This document shows positions 58,474-64,000 of a stretch of 64,000 nucleotides of DNA, piece by piece. Below the pieces are notes generated by a model that was not told where the DNA came from, ran no database searches, and saw only the letters and a program-made list of their open reading frames with translations. Numbering within the stretch: the stretch's first letter is position 1; each line of letters starts with the position of its first letter. The stretch is from an uncultured cyanobacterium (GTDB lineage: Bacteria; Cyanobacteriota; Cyanobacteriia; PCC-9006; JAAUQQ01), in the NCBI GenBank assembly GCA_963718615.1, contig OY970368.1, forward strand, positions 3,680,001 through 3,744,000, read 5' to 3'. A program made the translations under genes and the position numbers.

Positions 58474-59889
58474 ATGAGTCGTCAACCGCTCAACAGCCAA
58501 CCGCTTTTTCGCCACAGCCGTCTCCGTTTGGCCCTGTGGTATGCCTTGGTCATGGGGCTGATCTGGAGCCTTTCGGGGCTGGCTATGTATCGATTGTTAG
58601 TGCAGGCCAACTGGGTAGCCCTAGACCGGGAGTTGGAGGCGATCGCCGGAACCCTACACGATAGTCTAGAACCCATGCTTCCTGCTGAAGAAAATCCCAC
58701 CGGAGTTTTGCAGCAGATTTTGCCTGAACTTTGCTTGGCCCAACACCCCTGCAATCCGAATCCCAGCTTGATCCAGCGGCATACAACGGGCATTAGCGAT
58801 CGCACCACCTTCTATCTCCGCCTTTACAACCATCAAAGCCAACTCCTTGCCTACTCGCCCAACCAACCCGAGGGATTCTCGCCCGAATCCAGCTCAGCCC
58901 TATGGCATCCTGCCTCTGATGCGAACCCTTGGCAAACCCTCAACGGCAAAGACGGCAAGCGCTATCGTCAATTCACCCTCATTCTTCACGGTACCCATCT
59001 ATCAAAACGATCCTCTGGCCAAGCGGAGTCCCTGCATCATTCTTGGGGATATTTGCAGTTGGGTCGAACCTTAGCGGCTTTCGATGGTGAAGTTCAGCGA
59101 ATGCAGTGGATTCTGTTGATTGGATTCCCGGTCGTTTTGGGTTTGGTTGCGGCTGCTAGCTGGGGATTGGCAGGGTTAGCGATGCTTCCCATCTACAAGT
59201 CCTATCAACAACAGCAGCAGTTCACCGCCAATGCGGCCCATGAATCGCGATCGCCCTTAGCCAGTCAGCTAGCCACCATTGAAGCCATCCTACGCCTCCC
59301 CCCGAACAACGCCCAGGAGCTACAGTCCATGCTCCACACCGTTGAGCGCCAAGGACGACGCCTCAGTGTTCTGATCACAGATCTCCTCCTGCTCACCCGT
59401 CTGGAAGGTCAACCTGCCGAGCATCAGTCTCAATCCTGCTGCCTCAATGACTTGGTTAGCGATTTGGTCGAGGAATTTTTGGAACTGGCGATCGCCGCTG
59501 AAATTGACTTAGCCGCTGAGATCACGACCGAATCCATCGCGGTCCGGGGGAACGAGTCGCAACTCTATCGTCTGGTCTCGAATCTGATGGCCAACGCCCT
59601 ACAATACACTCCCCAAGCCGGTCAAGTGAGGGTTCGCTTGCAACGTGCCGAACGCTATGCTTGGATTACGGTCCAAGATACGGGCATTGGCATTGCGCCT
59701 GAGAATCAAGCTCGGATTTTTGAGCGTTTTTATCGTGTGGATGGCGATCGCTCCCGCCAAACCGGCGGCACAGGCTTAGGATTGGCCATTGCCGAGGCCA
59801 TTGTTCAGCGACATCGAGGTCGTCTAAGCGTGAAAAGTGAACTCCATCAAGGGAGCTGCTTTGGGGTCTCTCTGCCGCTGGATTCGTGA
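58474..59889 (+). CDS. Sensor histidine kinase (RppB/NrsS-like)
   Basis: RLRLALWY TM, FTANAAHE, NL.ANA, DTGIG, FERFYRVD and GTGLGL motifs. Confidence 0.9.
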   Translation: MSRQPLNSQPLFRHSRLRLALWYALVMGLIWSLSGLAMYRLLVQANWVALDRELEAIAGTLHDSLEPMLPAEENPTGVLQQILPELCLAQHPCNPNPSLIQRHTTGISDRTTFYLRLYNHQSQLLAYSPNQPEGFSPESSSALWHPASDANPWQTLNGKDGKRYRQFTLILHGTHLSKRSSGQAESLHHSWGYLQLGRTLAAFDGEVQRMQWILLIGFPVVLGLVAAASWGLAGLAMLPIYKSYQQQQQFTANAAHESRSPLASQLATIEAILRLPPNNAQELQSMLHTVERQGRRLSVLITDLLLLTRLEGQPAEHQSQSCCLNDLVSDLVEEFLELAIAAEIDLAAEITTESIAVRGNESQLYRLVSNLMANALQYTPQAGQVRVRLQRAERYAWITVQDTGIGIAPENQARIFERFYRVDGDRSRQTGGTGLGLAIAEAIVQRHRGRLSVKSELHQGSCFGVSLPLDS

Positions 59890-60482
59890 ACTTCGCCCTC
59901 AAACTCAACCGCCTCATACAGATCGGCCAAGGCAATCTGCACTGGCACCGAAACCAACTCAATCGCCGCCTCCAAGCCCTGATATTCCGTCAACAGCCAC
60001 TGATGCTCTTCCTGCTTCGCGTAATGCTCTACATAGGCACAACGCTGGTCGATGAGCAGATATTCCTGAAAGGTGGCGATCGTCCGGTAATGGGCAAACT
60101 TATCCCCCCGGTCATAGCTCTGGGTCGAATCCGACAGCACCTCAACAATCAGCACTGGATTTATTACGGTATCCTTGCGATCGGGCTTGAGCGTTACCGG
60201 ATTTACGATCACCATAACATCGGGATAGGTGTACAAATTGACGGCTGGAATCCACAGCCGCTGATCCGTCACAAAAACGCTGTAGGGTTGCCGACGTAAA
60301 CCAAACCACAGCAAGGCGTTGAACGCACTCGTAAGCTGGTTATGGGCAGGGGTGCCACCGGTCATCTCTAGGATTTCTCCATTGCGAAATTCACTGCGCA
60401 CGGGTGACTCTACCTCTAAGGCCAAATACTCTTCAGCGGTATAGCGTTGCGTGGATGGGGGGATAGCAGCAGCAATCGTCAT
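59847..60482 (-). CDS. Uma2-family endonuclease
   Basis: EF.NGEI..MTGG...H, YTYPDV, VEVLSDST..YDRGDKF and EYLLIDQ motifs. Confidence 0.9.
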   Translation of the reverse strand: MTIAAAIPPSTQRYTAEEYLALEVESPVRSEFRNGEILEMTGGTPAHNQLTSAFNALLWFGLRRQPYSVFVTDQRLWIPAVNLYTYPDVMVIVNPVTLKPDRKDTVINPVLIVEVLSDSTQSYDRGDKFAHYRTIATFQEYLLIDQRCAYVEHYAKQEEHQWLLTEYQGLEAAIELVSVPVQIALADLYEAVEFEGEVHESSGRETPKQLP

Positions 60483-60822
60483 AACTGGACAACTCCGTTT
60501 AAGCCACGGATTCAATCTATGGGTTTAATGCCTTGATTCACTTGCTTCGATTCTGATGGTCTAATTCTGACTCAATCCGGCTTGACTTAATCTAACAAAA
60601 ACTGCTTGATCATTAATTTTTATGTAGGATATGCACTTTTTTAACAATTGGCTGCATGGATTATGCATGGGTTCTGGTGTAAATTTGTGCCTTTTTTAGC
60701 TTTGAGGGGTCTCACGGCTGGGCTAGGCTGGTATGAAGGATTGAGTCAGGTCACCTTGGACTGACCCACATTTCCGTATTCTGGTTTTATCCAACGTTCT
60801 GTTAGACCCCCTAGAGACCCCT

Positions 60823-62412
60823 ATGAATGCAGCTGCGCTGTGGCAACGCTACCAAGACTGGCTTTACTACCACGAAGGGCTGGGCCTGTATTTAGATGTC
60901 AGCCGAATGGGGTTTGATGAGGCGTTTGTGGACAAGCTGAAGCCGAAGTTTGAGCAGGCTTTTGCGGCGATGGCGGCGTTGGAGGGGGGGGCGATCGCCA
61001 ACCCAGACGAAAACCGGATGGTCGGCCACTACTGGCTGCGCAACCCGGAGCTGGCACCGACACCGGAGCTAAAGCAGTCAATTATCACAACCCTGAGCCA
61101 AATCAAGGACTTTGCCCAGCAGGTCCACAGCGGTGCGGTGCGTCCCCCTTCGGGATCTCGGTTTACGGATATTTTGTCCATCGGCATTGGCGGGTCGGCG
61201 TTGGGTCCCCAGTTTGTGGCGGAGGCCCTGACTCCGGCGGATGCCATGCTGAAGATTCATTTTTTTGATAATTCGGATCCAGCGGGGATGGATCGGGTCT
61301 TGGGGGAGATTGGCGATCGCCTCTCCACAACCCTAGCGATCGTCATCTCCAAATCTGGCGGCACCCCCGAAACCCGCAACGGCATGCTCGAAGCCAAGCA
61401 AGCCTACGAAGCCCACGGACTGACCTTTGCTCAACATGCGGTAGCCGTCACGGGCACGGACAGCAAGCTAGACCAAGTAGCCCAGGGCGAAAATTGGCTG
61501 GGCAGTTTCCCTATGGAAGACTGGGTCGGAGGCCGGACGTCGGAATTGTCGGCGGTGGGGCTGCTGTCGGCGGCGCTGTTGGGCATCGATATCGACGGGA
61601 TGCTGGCGGGAGCCAAGGACATGGACGATGCCACGCGGGTAGCGGAGCTGAAAACCAATCCGGCGGCGTTGTTGGCCCTGTCCTGGTACTACGCGGGCAA
61701 CGGCAAGGGCGAGAAGGACATGGTGGTGTTGCCCTATAAGGACAGTCTACTGCTGTTTAGTCGTTACCTTCAGCAGTTGGTAATGGAGTCTTTGGGCAAG
61801 GAAGAAGATCTAGCTGGGAACAAGGTCTACCAGGGCCTCGCGGTTTATGGCAACAAGGGCTCGACGGATCAACATGCCTATGTTCAGCAGTTGCGGGAGG
61901 GGATTCCCAATTTCTTTGCAACGCTGATTGAAGTTTTAGAAGATCGGCAAGGCCCCTCCATCGAAGTGGAGTCGGGGGCAACGAGTGGAGACTTTCTCTC
62001 GGGCTTTTTGTTGGGGACTCGCGAAGCGCTCTATGAAAATGGCCGGGATTCAATTACGGTGACTATTCCCCAGGTTAATGGCCGTACGGTGGGGGCCTTG
62101 ATTGCGCTCTATGAGCGGGCTGTGGGGCTCTATGCGTCGTTGGTCAATATCAATGCTTACCATCAGCCGGGGGTGGAAGCGGGCAAGAAGGCAGCGGCAG
62201 CAGTATTGGAGTTGCAGCAACAAGTGGTTGAGTTGGTTCAGGGGTCTACAACTGCGTTGACGTTGGCAGAGTTGGCGGAGAAACTGGGGGCGGCGGATCA
62301 GGTTGAGACACTGTATAAGATTTTGCGGCATTTGGATGCGAATGGGCGCAGTGTGAAGCTGCAAGGCAATGCGGCTCAACCAGCGAGTTTAAAGGTTGTA
62401 GCGATTCGCTAA
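60823..62412 (+). CDS. pgi: Glucose-6-phosphate isomerase
   Basis: [34 protein letters not shown] and HQPGVEAGK motifs. Confidence 0.96.
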   Translation: MNAAALWQRYQDWLYYHEGLGLYLDVSRMGFDEAFVDKLKPKFEQAFAAMAALEGGAIANPDENRMVGHYWLRNPELAPTPELKQSIITTLSQIKDFAQQVHSGAVRPPSGSRFTDILSIGIGGSALGPQFVAEALTPADAMLKIHFFDNSDPAGMDRVLGEIGDRLSTTLAIVISKSGGTPETRNGMLEAKQAYEAHGLTFAQHAVAVTGTDSKLDQVAQGENWLGSFPMEDWVGGRTSELSAVGLLSAALLGIDIDGMLAGAKDMDDATRVAELKTNPAALLALSWYYAGNGKGEKDMVVLPYKDSLLLFSRYLQQLVMESLGKEEDLAGNKVYQGLAVYGNKGSTDQHAYVQQLREGIPNFFATLIEVLEDRQGPSIEVESGATSGDFLSGFLLGTREALYENGRDSITVTIPQVNGRTVGALIALYERAVGLYASLVNINAYHQPGVEAGKKAAAAVLELQQQVVELVQGSTTALTLAELAEKLGAADQVETLYKILRHLDANGRSVKLQGNAAQPASLKVVAIR

Positions 62413-62459
62413 TTGACCTATTGATTGGATGTTGGGGGATAGGCGGGGGCTAAGTACAG

Positions 62460-62558
62460 GGCACTGTCTTCTAAAGGAGTGATCAATGAATTTACGTTGT
62501 TGAGTGTCTTGAGTTTATAAGGCTTTCAACACCCATCACTCTTTAGCAGGTCAGTGCC
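62460..62558. mobile_element. 99-bp MITE-like element with imperfect ~24-bp terminal inverted repeats
   Basis: Left end GGCACTGTCTTCTAAAGGAGTGAT; right end reverse-complemented GGCACTGACCTGCTAAAGAGTGAT; no target duplication seen. Confidence 0.55.
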
Positions 62559-62597
62559 TCAGCAGCCTGTGAGCCGAGCGCTAGAATAGGTATACGC

Positions 62598-62861
62598 ATG
62601 GTCATGGAGGTGGTAATGACGCTTCAAGAATTGCAAAGGCAGGTTTTGGCTTTGGATGTGGGCGATCGCCTCATTCTCATCCAGTCGGTCATCCAGTCAC
62701 TCCAGCAAGAAATCTCACCTGCTCCTATCCTCTCCCAAGAAACAACGCCCGAGTGGGTTAAAGATTTGCACCCGCTGACCCAAAGCTTAATTGGCATTGT
62801 TCCTGTTCAGGATGAGCCGACAGAGAGCTCTGTGGATTATCTGGAGGAGAAATACCGTTGA
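62598..62861 (+). CDS. Putative antitoxin coupled to a PIN gene
   Basis: Ends in L.P.TQSL.G....DYLEEKY; 4-nt overlap with the downstream PIN ORF. Confidence 0.7.
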   Translation: MVMEVVMTLQELQRQVLALDVGDRLILIQSVIQSLQQEISPAPILSQETTPEWVKDLHPLTQSLIGIVPVQDEPTESSVDYLEEKYR

Positions 62862-63265
62862 GACGAGTGGTTTTCGATAGCGATGTGTTGCTGGATGTGT
62901 TGATGCAGCGACAACCTTTCTTTGTTGCTTCGACGAAGGCTTTGGATAGAGCAATTTCGGGCAGCGTTGAGGGATACTTGTCAGGTCATGCGGTGACGAA
63001 TCTTTTTTACATTTTGCGGCGATCGGTTGGAAGTGAGCAAGCACGAGCGTTGTTGCTCAGTTTGCTACAGCATTTGCGGGTGGCGAGTGTGACGGATGAG
63101 GGGATTCGTCAGGCGTTGGCGAGTTCGATGAGCGATTTTGAGGATGCGGTGACGAGTGCGGCGGCAGTCTTGGTTGGAGCGGAGGTGATTTTGACGCGCA
63201 ATGTTGCTGATTTTCGGGAGTCGTCGGTTGCAGCTATGACGCCAGCGGATTCTTTAGCTGGGTAG
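62858..63265 (+). CDS. PIN-domain toxin
   Basis: VVFDSDVLLD, DFEDAV and ILTRN..DF motifs. Confidence 0.88.
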   Translation: MRRVVFDSDVLLDVLMQRQPFFVASTKALDRAISGSVEGYLSGHAVTNLFYILRRSVGSEQARALLLSLLQHLRVASVTDEGIRQALASSMSDFEDAVTSAAAVLVGAEVILTRNVADFRESSVAAMTPADSLAG

Positions 63266-63281
63266 AATTTAGCTGTGTGTC

Positions 63282-63509
63282 TTGCCGCGATTTGTGATTC
63301 GGGCGATTGCCAATGAGCTTCAGCATCAGCAGCCTGTGGGCCGAAAGCAGGCGTTTTGGGCTGGGGTGGCGAGTCTACGGGCAGAGATGGAAGCTGAGGG
63401 GAGTTGGATCGATGTGGATGAGGTGTGGGGAGATGTGCGCGATTCCTGCGGAAGCTTGCGAAGCGATCGATCCACTGGTCGTGAGGTAATTCTGTACGCT
63501 GACTGTTAA
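63282..63509 (+). CDS. Putative antitoxin (possibly truncated)
   Basis: FWAGV..LR...DE.W.DVRD.S.GR.V pattern of VapC-associated antitoxins; weak TTG start. Confidence 0.45.
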   Translation: MPRFVIRAIANELQHQQPVGRKQAFWAGVASLRAEMEAEGSWIDVDEVWGDVRDSCGSLRSDRSTGREVILYADC

Positions 63510-63660
63510 ATCTGTAAGCCGATTTTTAGTTGATACCAATATTCTTTCTGAACCACTGAAGCCTCAGCCGAAATCCTCGGTTTTGGAACGGTTTGAGCTA
63601 TACACCGATGAAATCGCCATCGAGTCGGTGACCTGGCACGAAATTCGCTATCGTCTGCTA
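63499..63660 (+). pseudogene. VapC/PIN toxin N-terminal remnant
   Basis: FLVDTNILSEPLKPQPKSSVLE...VTWHEIRY with no canonical start; similarity is lost after about 50 codons. Confidence 0.65.
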
Positions 63661-63710
63661 TCTACTCAGGTTATTCTAGGCATAGACATAAGGAATAATC
63701 TGGAGGTACC

Positions 63711-64000
63711 TTGGTTCGGCTTTATTTGGACACCAGCCTTTACAACCGCCCTTTCGATGATCAGAGCCAGCCTAAAATCTTTCTGGAGACGCAGGCCGTT
63801 GTGATTGTTTTGCAAATGGTTGAGTCTGGTGCGGCTGAGCTGGTTAGTTCTACGGCGTTGGCATATGAAAATAGTCGTAATCCTTATGCAGATCGGCAAA
63901 AGGCAACAGAGTGTTACTTAGCACTTGCTTCGGTATATCAAGTTTTGGATGATTCGATTCGCTTACGGGCAAAGGAGCTTGAAGCTCAGGGAGTCCAGGC
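63711..64000 (+). CDS. PIN-domain protein, running off the right edge
   Basis: GGAGG then TTG; VRLYLDTSLYNRPFDDQSQPKIFLETQA...YENSRNP. Confidence 0.8.
   Translation, partial: MVRLYLDTSLYNRPFDDQSQPKIFLETQAVVIVLQMVESGAAELVSSTALAYENSRNPYADRQKATECYLALASVYQVLDDSIRLRAKELEAQGVQ

Overview
Cyanobacterial chromosomal window, judged from dense HIP1 GCGATCGC octamers, a PatA regulator, Uma2 nucleases, a PEP-CTERM protein and an AtpT-like peptide. Housekeeping genes: thrS, gshB, grxC, hflX, miaE, aroQ, rsmI, cobT, murE, rpsD, argC, cysS, hemL, hisIE, xth, pgi, plus five tRNAs. Accessory blocks: (i) 22.6-30.3 kb after tRNA-Val, with Uma2, two Ser/Thr kinase genes, IS630, a decayed MNT-HEPN pair and a RAYT with its REPs; (ii) a polysaccharide cluster with a GH9 gene broken at a C8 run; (iii) an isolated SyrB2/BarB-type halogenase; (iv) a heavy-metal RND/two-component block; (v) a PIN toxin-antitoxin cluster. 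Best leads: a coiled-coil ORF and an Hsp70/actin-fold ORF whose frames overlap at an A10 run (candidate programmed frameshift giving a ~1182-aa fusion); a kinase-FGE/CLec gene with the hallmarks of a remote diversity-generating-retroelement target (no RT or TR seen here); REPs inserted in-frame in the RAYT and the kinase linker; the orphan halogenase; and an apparent ATC start for hflX. All calls come from motif recognition by eye, with no database searches.
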